Shown here: positions 28,620 through 37,619 of the stretch, in pieces
Numbering within the stretch: position 1 is the stretch's first letter
Layout: each line of letters opens with the position of its first letter
Source of the DNA: an uncultured Gammaproteobacteria bacterium
GTDB taxonomy: Bacteria; Patescibacteriota; Patescibacteriia; UBA9934
Direction of reading: 5' to 3'
Assembly: GCA_964452565.1 (NCBI GenBank)
Contig: CAYVLY010000001.1
Coordinates: 142,638 to 206,637 of the forward strand
Length of the DNA stretch: 64,000 nt
Made by a program: the position numbers and the translations under genes
The notes under the pieces: generated by a model
The model's input: only the letters and a program-made list of their open reading frames with translations
What the model was told of the DNA's origin: nothing
Database searches by the model: none

Positions 28620-29522
28620 ATGGAAAGAGAAATGCATCGAGAGATTGAGTCAGAGAAATACAATAGAGAGCTTTGGGAAAATCCAGAGATACTGACCCTT
28701 AGCATTAGAAGGCATACAGAGTACGACCCCAAGGGAGGTGATGGTGCTGATTCGCGTCCATTAGGCAGTATTTCTCCAAAGGGAAAGGAAATGGCCAAAG
28801 AAGCAGCAAAAGAATGGAAAGAAAGATTACCAAAGGGAGCTCATGTTGATATGTGGGAAAGTCCATCTGTTTTTTTCGCTGGACTAAGAGATACAAAAGA
28901 TGGGGGAAAGAAACCACTTTTACCAGCGCGATCAAGGCAAACCGCAAGTCTTTATGAAAAGGAGGTATTTGGTAAGCTTGCCCCAGCAAAGAAAACTGAA
29001 ATGGGACCGCAGTCTGTTAGACGTAAACGTGCCGATCTAATGGGCGACTTCACGGAAACTGCAACTGATCTCGATAAAATACCAGCTTTTTTTAAGGCTA
29101 AGGCGGCGGCATATAGAGGTGACAATGAACGATTTGCTCGTGATTATGCACGAAATGAACTTCCAGAAGAGGTTCATAAGGCGTTAAAGGATTTTGGTGG
29201 ATCAGACTCAGTAGACCACACCCAACATGTTATTGAGTTTTTAGAATCATTCATCCAGCAAAATGATGATCGTGACGAGAAAACAATAGGCCTTGTAATC
29301 TCTCATAGTGATTTGCTGGAATCATTCTCATATTTTGTAGAGAGATTTGTAGCAGAACAGCAAGGAGAACCTTCTGGTGAAGTTGAGCCTACTTCCTTTG
29401 AGCTAAACGAAGGAATTGATATTCACATTGATTCTGAGAATAACATAGTTGTTGAGCTTCAAGGTAGGGAGATAAGATTCAATATTGATGAATTCAAGCA
29501 ATTTATATCTGAGCAGAAATAG
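28620..29522 (+). CDS. histidine-phosphatase-superfamily-like protein (paralog of 24205..25065)
   Basis: IRRHTEY ... LVISHSDLLESF. Confidence 0.4.
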   Translation: MEREMHREIESEKYNRELWENPEILTLSIRRHTEYDPKGGDGADSRPLGSISPKGKEMAKEAAKEWKERLPKGAHVDMWESPSVFFAGLRDTKDGGKKPLLPARSRQTASLYEKEVFGKLAPAKKTEMGPQSVRRKRADLMGDFTETATDLDKIPAFFKAKAAAYRGDNERFARDYARNELPEEVHKALKDFGGSDSVDHTQHVIEFLESFIQQNDDRDEKTIGLVISHSDLLESFSYFVERFVAEQQGEPSGEVEPTSFELNEGIDIHIDSENNIVVELQGREIRFNIDEFKQFISEQK

Positions 29523-29536
29523 ATGAGCATCAAACT

Positions 29537-30529
29537 ATGAAGATATTTCTGAAAGTAATGACAAGGCCAATTAGTCTTTTTGATTGTGAGCGTTGGGATA
29601 TTGGTGAAAGAATCATGCTGCCGAAGAAATACATGAAGCTCCTCTATTTTGATCCATTGTTTATCTATTCTCCTGGGAGGGGAGTATCTGTTTTTTATAA
29701 CTATAGTGATCCTGGGCAGATTGTAGATCCGTTGATTGATTTTTTGTCAGATGATATCGAATGGTACAAAAAAATGGAGACAAAGTCTCATAACGACTGT
29801 GACCAATTGAAGAAAATGGTTGATCAAGAATCAAAAGATGCTGATGGTTTGCTAAAACTCATACTCGAGGTTAGCGCAACGCAAGCTGTAGCAAATTTGC
29901 TAGGAAGTACTGATGCTTACAATGTGCCAAAAGAAGTGCAAGAAATATCTATTCGTGTACGAGATTACAGTAACAAAATCTTTCACCAAGCAATTGCATA
30001 TGTAAGTAAGGTGATTGCAGAAGAACTTGGTAACAAGGATCTAGATTTTGTTTCTATGTCAGAAGTCACTGAGAACAAATTACCGTCAAAAAGTGAAATA
30101 TCTAAAAGACAGAAAGGTTGGTTATACTATAGGGGAGACATTTCGTTGGATCCGAAAAAATACATTGCTGACAATAAAATCAAGTTAATGCAGGAAATTT
30201 TTGATGCCAATGAAGAGATCAGAGGACAGACTGCATGTAAAGGTCAGGCCGAAGGGAAGGCAGTAGTCATCTTCGAACTTGACGATCTAAAAAGGGTTCA
30301 GAAAGGCAATATTATAGTTGCGCCCATGACTACTCCTGACATGATGACTGCAATAGGTAAGGCTGCGGCAATTATCACAGATGAAGGAGGTATTACATGT
30401 CATGCAGCTATAGTGAGTAGGGAATTGAAAATTCCATGTATCATTGGAACTGGAAATGCAACAAAGATGATAAAAGATGGTGATTTGTTGAAGGTAGATG
30501 CAAATAATGGGGTTGTTGAGAAGCTATGA
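29537..30529 (+). CDS. PEP-utilizing enzyme mobile (phosphohistidine swivel) domain protein
   Basis: C-terminal GGITCHAAIVSRELKIPCIIG matches the GGxTSHAAIVAREL swivel-domain motif of PEP synthase/PPDK/rifampin phosphotransferase. Confidence 0.55.
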   Translation: MKIFLKVMTRPISLFDCERWDIGERIMLPKKYMKLLYFDPLFIYSPGRGVSVFYNYSDPGQIVDPLIDFLSDDIEWYKKMETKSHNDCDQLKKMVDQESKDADGLLKLILEVSATQAVANLLGSTDAYNVPKEVQEISIRVRDYSNKIFHQAIAYVSKVIAEELGNKDLDFVSMSEVTENKLPSKSEISKRQKGWLYYRGDISLDPKKYIADNKIKLMQEIFDANEEIRGQTACKGQAEGKAVVIFELDDLKRVQKGNIIVAPMTTPDMMTAIGKAAAIITDEGGITCHAAIVSRELKIPCIIGTGNATKMIKDGDLLKVDANNGVVEKL

Positions 30530-30575
30530 TTGAGTTTTTTAGGAAAAGGTTGTAGTATCTGGACATAAAAAAGAT

Positions 30576-31475
30576 ATGGAATGCAAATCCTGCGGAAAAA
30601 CTGAAAAGACTAAATTTCTGAAAAAAATAAAGAAATTTCGAATTTATCACTGCTTATGCTGTGATCTTATTTTTTCAAGGACTCAAATATGCTCTAGTAG
30701 AAAGTGGTATGAAAAAGTTCTTGCCGATAGGACAGCCATGGTCTCACCAGAAGTTTGGCTAAAATGGCAGGTAAAAGTATATGGTAGATTTTTAGAAAAG
30801 CCATCTTGTGAACGGACTCTATTAGATGTAGGGTGCGGCGATGGTGAATTTCTAAAACAAGCTAAGGATCGTGGATATGTCGCTACTGGAATTGACCTCA
30901 ATAGGATACTAGTGTCCAAAATCAAACAGAAATATGATCTGGACATTCACGCAATCAGCATTGAAGACTTTGTTGAGCAATTTCCAGAAAAAAAATTCGA
31001 CATCGTTACATTTTTCCAGGTCTTAGAGCATATGGTTGATCCTGACCATTTTATGAGCTTAATAAAGAGTAGGTTAAATAACCGGGGGTGTGTCGCGTTG
31101 AGCGTTCCAAATAGAAATCGTTTTGAACTTGACCTAAAAAGGTTTCCAAAATGGGACTCCCCACCACATCATTACACCTGGTGGAGTAAAAAATCCTTGA
31201 AGAAGTTTTTGATAGCTAGAGGATTGAAGGTCTTGGATCTGGTTGTGTTTAAAAAGGAAATAGAACTTGAGTTCAGATCTAGAGATAGTAAAGATAAATA
31301 CCCCGGATTAATCAAGCGCTTACCATTTTGCGGCATGCTGAAATACTTTTCCTACAAAAATATTATTGCTCCAATTCTGTTAGGACTTAAGGTGAGACGA
31401 GTCATTCATTTAAAAATCACAGTACAAGGCCCTTATCTATATGCACTAGCCATGCACACAAATGAGAATTTATAG
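30576..31475 (+). CDS. SAM-dependent methyltransferase with N-terminal zinc ribbon
   Basis: CKSCGK...CLCC, then LLDVGCGDGEFL motif I. Confidence 0.6.
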   Translation: MECKSCGKTEKTKFLKKIKKFRIYHCLCCDLIFSRTQICSSRKWYEKVLADRTAMVSPEVWLKWQVKVYGRFLEKPSCERTLLDVGCGDGEFLKQAKDRGYVATGIDLNRILVSKIKQKYDLDIHAISIEDFVEQFPEKKFDIVTFFQVLEHMVDPDHFMSLIKSRLNNRGCVALSVPNRNRFELDLKRFPKWDSPPHHYTWWSKKSLKKFLIARGLKVLDLVVFKKEIELEFRSRDSKDKYPGLIKRLPFCGMLKYFSYKNIIAPILLGLKVRRVIHLKITVQGPYLYALAMHTNENL

Positions 31476-31481
31476 AGTGAT

Positions 31482-31512
31482 AAAAAAGACCGCCTCGAGG
31501 GCGATCTTTTTT
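31482..31512. terminator. bidirectional terminator
   Basis: AAAAAAGACCGCCCTCGAGGGCGATCTTTTTT. Confidence 0.5.
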
Positions 31513-31523
31513 AATCTTGATGA

Positions 31524-33722
31524 TTAATATTTGAATGACACCTTGTCTTTGTACTCGTATGCTCCGCGGTCGATCTTTGAACCATACTTTTCCCAATCTG
31601 CATAATATTCAGATATATCAACTCCTGAATCAATTGCTGGTGACATAGATTTCAAGGAGAAGTCGAATGCAAGCGCATCAGTGAACTCTGGATCAACGAA
31701 TAAGTCGTTTTCACCAGCAGTTGTGCCGTCCTTACTTTGTCCATATTGAGGATTTCGGCAAGACTGTCCGCGCTTAGAATCATCACAACTAGCGTCCTTT
31801 CCATTATTACCACTCAAAATATTGTAATCATGATTTGTACCTGGATCTAGAATTCCAGCAGAAGCATTGAAGTACACGATATTATTGAGCATCGCAATAT
31901 CGTCGCTCTCAAGTGATGTCAGACCGGATTCTTCATTACATGCGATTGTATTGTTAAGAGCTTCACCTGTTGCGCCTTCAGTAAAGACGATTCCACCCTT
32001 TTTATTCCAGTAAACATCATTACCAACAATCGTACAGTGACTATCACCATATTCAGAACCATTACATGCGATTCCGCGTTTTGTGTTACTAAACGACTTG
32101 TTATCCACGATAAGAACGTAACTGTCATCCATTACATACCCTTCATCCTCACCAGCGTATTCATTTCGAACTGCAATTCCAGATACTTTAGTGTCGTATA
32201 CAATGTTTCCTTGGATGATTACAGGTTCATCTGGGAGTCCAGCGCCATCAATCGCGATTCCACCCATGTTTTCCTCTGGGGTACCTCCAAATCCATTATC
32301 AAACACGATGTTGTTAAGAATCACAGACTGAGTTCGCTCATCAATATGATTGCAGGTTGTTGGATCCTCAGCGCACTCATCAGCTGGCTGTAGGTATCCC
32401 TGTCGCGCAGCAATTCCTACCCACGCGTTTTCATACACAATGTTGTACGAGATAAGAGTTTTTGCACCATGCCGGTTTCCAATACCTGGAGACTGATGGT
32501 CAGACTCTTCCCCTGGGACCTGGTTCCAGAATGCCTCATTTCCTGTCATTACAGCACTTGAATAGTGGTTATTACCTAAACCAAGCCCATTGTTTTGATA
32601 TGAGATGTTTCCGTAAACAAGTGGTACTGGTCGATATTTGACGTTGCTACTACGATAATCTGCATTAGTGAATGTTGCTTGCTCCAGCGACGGATCATAC
32701 GCACATGATGGAGTAATAGGCGTGATGTCCTCGAAACTTGCGTGAACACCAACTCCAGTTGATCCGTTATTGAAGATTATGTTATTCGCGATTATCGGAG
32801 ACCCACCACGAGCCTGAAGTGTATGTCCATGACCTGGGATAGTGTGATCTTGCTCAGGCATAAGAGTCACAGTGAATCCATCAAATACGGTATTACGAGT
32901 CGTTCCTTCAACAAAATCCACCATTGGGCGTCGATTTCCACACCCAGTTCCATCAACTGATGGATCGATCGTATCTCCAAGTGTTGGACCCCCTTCATAC
33001 CCCTCACCCATGAGGATAGTACGTGTTGATCGAAGTAGGGGATCTGTATAAGTCTCATGCTCCTCCATCACGATACGCTCTCCAGTTTCGTAGTAATGCT
33101 CGAGATCAATGCGTTCAGCTGTATAATCTACGCGTTCGTTTCCATCTTGCTCTGTCCCATCCTCATTCCATACGTCAGAGTAGATCTGCACATCCTTACC
33201 TTCGATCCTTAGGTATTCTTGATATACACCAGGACGGACAATAATCATATCGCAGTGTACTGATGCATCAATTGCACCTTGAATTGTGTCGTATAAACCA
33301 TCAAAGTCACCATTGATCCATCTTGGATCACTTTCACCCTCCTGACTTACAAGTAATACGTTTTGATTAACTTCATTACATGAAGTTCGGCTTGCCATCA
33401 TTTCAACGTAAGCAATTTCAGCCGCCTCAAAAGGGGCGACTGTGTCAAACTCAGGAACTTCATACCGCTCATCGGCATAAGGATCCTGTGTTGCAATATC
33501 AAAATCTGGATATTCTTCTCCGCAATATTCCTCGTCCTGGCCATCAGCATCGCTGCCGCTTATTCCGGCACGAGTGTAGTCTGTGCTACTAGCATCACTT
33601 GAATCGTGTCCATGGCCGTGATCATCTCCATTTGCATGTGCATGATCATCATCAAACAGGCTACAACCCGACAGTATGATGGATATAATAAAGACAGACA
33701 CTAAGATCGTGAATTTCGTCAT
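31524..33722 (-). CDS. secreted lipoprotein with right-handed parallel beta-helix repeats
   Basis: Lipobox LSGCSLF; His/Asp-rich N-terminus; repeated NNIIFNNG / NNIVFDNG / NNIVY motifs. Confidence 0.55.
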   Translation of the reverse strand: MTKFTILVSVFIISIILSGCSLFDDDHAHANGDDHGHGHDSSDASSTDYTRAGISGSDADGQDEEYCGEEYPDFDIATQDPYADERYEVPEFDTVAPFEAAEIAYVEMMASRTSCNEVNQNVLLVSQEGESDPRWINGDFDGLYDTIQGAIDASVHCDMIIVRPGVYQEYLRIEGKDVQIYSDVWNEDGTEQDGNERVDYTAERIDLEHYYETGERIVMEEHETYTDPLLRSTRTILMGEGYEGGPTLGDTIDPSVDGTGCGNRRPMVDFVEGTTRNTVFDGFTVTLMPEQDHTIPGHGHTLQARGGSPIIANNIIFNNGSTGVGVHASFEDITPITPSCAYDPSLEQATFTNADYRSSNVKYRPVPLVYGNISYQNNGLGLGNNHYSSAVMTGNEAFWNQVPGEESDHQSPGIGNRHGAKTLISYNIVYENAWVGIAARQGYLQPADECAEDPTTCNHIDERTQSVILNNIVFDNGFGGTPEENMGGIAIDGAGLPDEPVIIQGNIVYDTKVSGIAVRNEYAGEDEGYVMDDSYVLIVDNKSFSNTKRGIACNGSEYGDSHCTIVGNDVYWNKKGGIVFTEGATGEALNNTIACNEESGLTSLESDDIAMLNNIVYFNASAGILDPGTNHDYNILSGNNGKDASCDDSKRGQSCRNPQYGQSKDGTTAGENDLFVDPEFTDALAFDFSLKSMSPAIDSGVDISEYYADWEKYGSKIDRGAYEYKDKVSFKY

Positions 33723-33910
33723 AAGCTTTATAATTATATATGCCCATATTAGTTTTTAGGCTTGAATTATGTATCTTTTCAGTATATTCCGGCGTTTTTT
33801 TAAAAACAATAATGATAGTGGGTAACTATCATATTATTTAGCGCCTCTACTTCCTTATACGCCAGTATTCGGAGTTTTGATTCAAAATCGAGGCATTTCT
33901 GCCTCGATCC

Positions 33911-34999
33911 TTACTTTATTACTTTGATCGTATTCACGTTGTCATCCGTGAACCGTATCTTAAATCGAATGACTCCGATTGTCTGGCCGCGTTCGGTTTG
34001 GACGTTCACCCGCCAGAAGCCTTCAGATAACTGAGATTTTCGAGAGTATCCGCGGTAACCCTCATCTCGACCGCCATAAATCTGAAATGAAAGTTCATCT
34101 TTAGTAATCCAACGCTTTGAATCAGAATCAAAATGCTGCCACTCATGGACGATCTGCGTGTTTAAATCGAACGGTGCAAAGATAGCAGAATAGACATAAA
34201 CTGATTGTCCCTCTTCAACATGAATAGTCTCACCTGGAATTATTTTTTCAAAAATGTTCTGACTCTCTGCTTCAAGAATATAATTACCATTAGACCGAGA
34301 TACGCTATGATATACACCACCTTCTGTGAGTGATAATGGGATCGGCGGAATCAGGTTTGTGAAGTACAACAGATTCATGAGGCCAAATATGATTAGCGCG
34401 ATAATCTTGAGTTTCTTTGCAACCGGCCTAAGCTTTGATACTCGATCAACTGCAAATCGAAGATATCCATATCCAATCAATAAACTAAGAATGCCGCCTA
34501 ACACAAAAATCCATGCTGAGATCGAGTTAAACAGATACGGCAGCATCAAAGTCAAAAGCGACAGAGTAATAAAGTAGTATACACTAATCTGAATCACTGG
34601 ACGCATGTAATACTTTCGAAATGCTTCGTTCGCGATCATCAAAAATGCGATCAAGAACATGAATGGCCAGCTTACAGAAAAGGATCCAGAAAACCAATAA
34701 AAGATAAACGAAGCGCTCAATGTAGCACCAAATGTGAATTGGATGATTAGAGGCGCGAGTACTCGATAATATCGAGTTACTATGTTTCGATCAGTTGTTT
34801 CTATTGAACCATTGCGGTGCATAAAAATGATGGTGCCGCCTGCAATGAACCAGTACACGATAAGTACGATAAACGCAGAGCTGATCTTGATAGTTCGAAA
34901 AGTAACAAAATCAACAATTACACCCAAGATCAACATCGTAGGAATCAAAACACGTTCATTGCGCTTGTACCAGCGCTTTAGCTTTGTCAGAAAAAGCAT
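33911..34999 (-). CDS. membrane protein with C-terminal soluble domain (hypothetical)
   Basis: Start moved to internal ATG (MLFLTKLKRW) to avoid a 5' overlap with the divergent gene. Confidence 0.4.
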   Translation of the reverse strand: MLFLTKLKRWYKRNERVLIPTMLILGVIVDFVTFRTIKISSAFIVLIVYWFIAGGTIIFMHRNGSIETTDRNIVTRYYRVLAPLIIQFTFGATLSASFIFYWFSGSFSVSWPFMFLIAFLMIANEAFRKYYMRPVIQISVYYFITLSLLTLMLPYLFNSISAWIFVLGGILSLLIGYGYLRFAVDRVSKLRPVAKKLKIIALIIFGLMNLLYFTNLIPPIPLSLTEGGVYHSVSRSNGNYILEAESQNIFEKIIPGETIHVEEGQSVYVYSAIFAPFDLNTQIVHEWQHFDSDSKRWITKDELSFQIYGGRDEGYRGYSRKSQLSEGFWRVNVQTERGQTIGVIRFKIRFTDDNVNTIKVIK

Positions 35000-35038
35000 G
35001 GCTCTATTATAACAGAACATTTGTGATAAAATCAGGTC

Positions 35039-35470
35039 ATGAACACAGACCAGACAGCCATGTTTTTGAGTGATGAGAATCAGCCACAAGATGAGTGGCT
35101 ACAGTTGCATGCCGTGATCGTCGACCGTGGGTCAAAGTATAGTGTCACGGCAGGGCGAGTTCGATCGAAGAATGAGCTCGACGCTTTTCTCAAACGCATC
35201 GAATCTGACAAGAAATATCGAAAGGCAACTCATAATATTTATGCCGCCCGTCTCATCGAAAACGACAAAGTAGTTGACATCAAGAACGACGACGGCGAAA
35301 CTGGCGCTGGAATGATCATCTTGCGTGAACTTCAAAGATCGAATATTGCAAATATCATAGTTGTTGTCACACGGTGGTATGGCGGGGTTATGCTTCACGG
35401 CGATCGATTCAAGCATGTACAAGATGCTGCTCATGAGATAGTCTCAAGACTTACATATGGCGATTCATAA
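35039..35470 (+). CDS. IMPACT/YigZ family protein (UPF0029)
   Basis: DDGETGAGMIILREL...VVVTRWYGGVMLHGDRF. Confidence 0.6.
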   Translation: MNTDQTAMFLSDENQPQDEWLQLHAVIVDRGSKYSVTAGRVRSKNELDAFLKRIESDKKYRKATHNIYAARLIENDKVVDIKNDDGETGAGMIILRELQRSNIANIIVVVTRWYGGVMLHGDRFKHVQDAAHEIVSRLTYGDS

Positions 35471-36221
35471 TCTATACAAACCAATCGGGATATCTCCACT
35501 TGATCTAATTGATCAATATAATGCTAAGAACCCCAAGCTATCTGATCAAAAGATGACATATGCTGGTCGTTTAGATCCAATGGCTGAGGGAGTTGTCTTG
35601 ATTCTATCTGGCGAGGATCGACACAAAAAAGATGAATATCTGAAGCTTGATAAAAAGTATCGCGCGCAGATGCTGTTTGGCATCGAATCCGATACTTATG
35701 ATGTTCTTGGCATGCCATCAAAATCGATGCATGCTAACGTCCTCCCCCTTCCCAAGGGGGAGTTAGATGGGGTTGCCGATTATCTAATTGGCACTCATCC
35801 AATCAAGGTACCGCCATACTCATCAGTGATAGTTAATCGAAAACCATTATTTGAATGGGCGCGGTCTGGTCAGATCGATCAAGTCGATATCCCTGAACGT
35901 GAGATGACTGTCAAAAGTGCAGCACTTATCGAATCCAAAACGATCAACAGCGCTGACCTACTCAAACTGATCGAAAGCAAAATCCAAAAAGTAAAAGGCG
36001 ACTTTCGACAAGAGCAAATCCTCAAATCTTGGCGAAAAAAATTAAGGGGTCAGACCCAGATTTTTAAAGTATTAACAATCGACCTACACGTCACATCTGG
36101 CACATATATAAGATCACTTGCCCATGAGCTTGGACAGAAACTTGGCTCAGGTGCAATTCTATTAGGACTTACACGAACTGCCGTAGGCGAGTATACTATA
36201 GATAATTCAACTAAACTTTAA
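35457..36221 (+). CDS. truB: tRNA pseudouridine(55) synthase
   Basis: YAGRLDPMAEGVVLIL catalytic Asp motif; YRAQMLFGIESDTYDVLG. Confidence 0.75.
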   Translation: MAIHNLYKPIGISPLDLIDQYNAKNPKLSDQKMTYAGRLDPMAEGVVLILSGEDRHKKDEYLKLDKKYRAQMLFGIESDTYDVLGMPSKSMHANVLPLPKGELDGVADYLIGTHPIKVPPYSSVIVNRKPLFEWARSGQIDQVDIPEREMTVKSAALIESKTINSADLLKLIESKIQKVKGDFRQEQILKSWRKKLRGQTQIFKVLTIDLHVTSGTYIRSLAHELGQKLGSGAILLGLTRTAVGEYTIDNSTKL

Positions 36222-36224
36222 TCT

Positions 36225-37052
36225 ATGATTAAAAAAATCGGGTTTTTGCTTATTTTGGCAATGCTTGCGTCAGGCTGTGGCATTCAAGAACAAATTACTT
36301 CAGATAATCAGAATGTCGATTTTTTCATAGCAGTACATCTTGACCCTGTTCTTGAAAACTATGAGCAGGGTACAACAAATCGTCCGATGCGATACTGGGA
36401 TAGTGTGGTCGGTCTTGTTGAGGCTGCCGATTATTACGATCAAAAGTTAACATTAATGATGAACCCGCAGTGGGGGCTATATATACTTGAAGATGATGAC
36501 CGCTTGGAGCTAGTTCGAAGCTGGGAAAAAAATGGTCATGAAATAACAGTTCACTACCATGGACCCGAAATGGGGGAAAATTGGAGCGGTTATACAAACC
36601 AAGAACGATTCTTTGATGATGAACGATTTCAAGGGACTACTGAGGATCTTATGGCTATAATGACTGAGATTCCAGCTTCTGGCGAAATATCAACATGCAC
36701 AATTAATGACTTTGATGCGCCATATGAGTTTCCAGAGGACGTCCCATATTCTACAGACGGTGGAAAGTATGGCTTTGACGATCTCATAAGTACACCTGAG
36801 AAAATAACACTCAATAGTCAGGACGTTTTGCAGGTTTTGCATGCTAAATATGGAGAAGGTGACACAAGCAGTGTTAGTCTTGATGATATTAAAATTGCAG
36901 TTGATACAGTTGAGTCAAATGAGGTCATCGGAATCGTGTTCCATGACAGAGCCTTTGAAAACAATCCATACGCATATCTACTTTTGTTTGAATACTTGAA
37001 ATCTGTTAATCTACAAACACAAACAGTTTCTCAAATACTCAATAACTACTAA
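36225..37052 (+). CDS. hypothetical lipoprotein
   Basis: Lipobox LASGCG. Confidence 0.35.
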   Translation: MIKKIGFLLILAMLASGCGIQEQITSDNQNVDFFIAVHLDPVLENYEQGTTNRPMRYWDSVVGLVEAADYYDQKLTLMMNPQWGLYILEDDDRLELVRSWEKNGHEITVHYHGPEMGENWSGYTNQERFFDDERFQGTTEDLMAIMTEIPASGEISTCTINDFDAPYEFPEDVPYSTDGGKYGFDDLISTPEKITLNSQDVLQVLHAKYGEGDTSSVSLDDIKIAVDTVESNEVIGIVFHDRAFENNPYAYLLLFEYLKSVNLQTQTVSQILNNY

Positions 37053-37054
37053 TT

Positions 37055-37591
37055 ATGTCACAAGAATCGTACGAAAGAGAGCGCCAAGGCTTTATTGAAT
37101 CAAAGAAGATGCGGATCAGGGATAAACTTGAGAAGATCAAACAAGAAGGTGAGATTGAGTTCGACATTGAAACTGACGGAATCCCTGCGGATAAGATAAC
37201 AGAGGATCTTCTAGTTGAAATAAACGGTCTGCTGGGTGCAATCCATAAAGACGGGAACTTTTTTAATGAGCACAGGCTCCGAGCTTCAGTAAGAAGAGCT
37301 CTTCGACGTGAAAAAATAACCTTGGATGAAAAAGGTCTTTCGGAGTATAGCGCTAGCGGTGATAACTATATTGAATTTTCTGGAAACGATAAGTATGGAA
37401 TTACGATCGGGCTTTGCATGGGTGAATATCAATCAGTAGAAAATGCCAATGAACTCAAAGACAGGGTATTTATTCTTCTATTCAGTAGACACGCAATGGA
37501 TAAGGAGTGGTTGCAGAAAATAACTGCACCACTAATCGATGCAGGGCTCCCACTGCAACCCTACATTCAAGAGATACTGACGCAGGAATAA
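37055..37591 (+). CDS. hypothetical protein
   Basis: 178-aa ORF. Confidence 0.3.
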   Translation: MSQESYERERQGFIESKKMRIRDKLEKIKQEGEIEFDIETDGIPADKITEDLLVEINGLLGAIHKDGNFFNEHRLRASVRRALRREKITLDEKGLSEYSASGDNYIEFSGNDKYGITIGLCMGEYQSVENANELKDRVFILLFSRHAMDKEWLQKITAPLIDAGLPLQPYIQEILTQE

Positions 37592-37592
37592 C

Positions 37593-37617
37593 AAAAACGG
37601 GCCCTAGGCCCGTTTTT
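37593..37617. terminator. bidirectional terminator
   Basis: AAAAACGGGCCCTAGGCCCGTTTTT. Confidence 0.6.
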
Positions 37618-37619
37618 GA

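Noticed and set aside
15889-34000. Direct repeat of the tRNA-Asn 3' half marking the island's right end (tyrosine-integrase style attR)
   Set aside because: No copy of GGGTTCGAATCCCAC was found by eye elsewhere in the island. The integrase is a serine recombinase, which needs no long target duplication. The boundary is left undefined.
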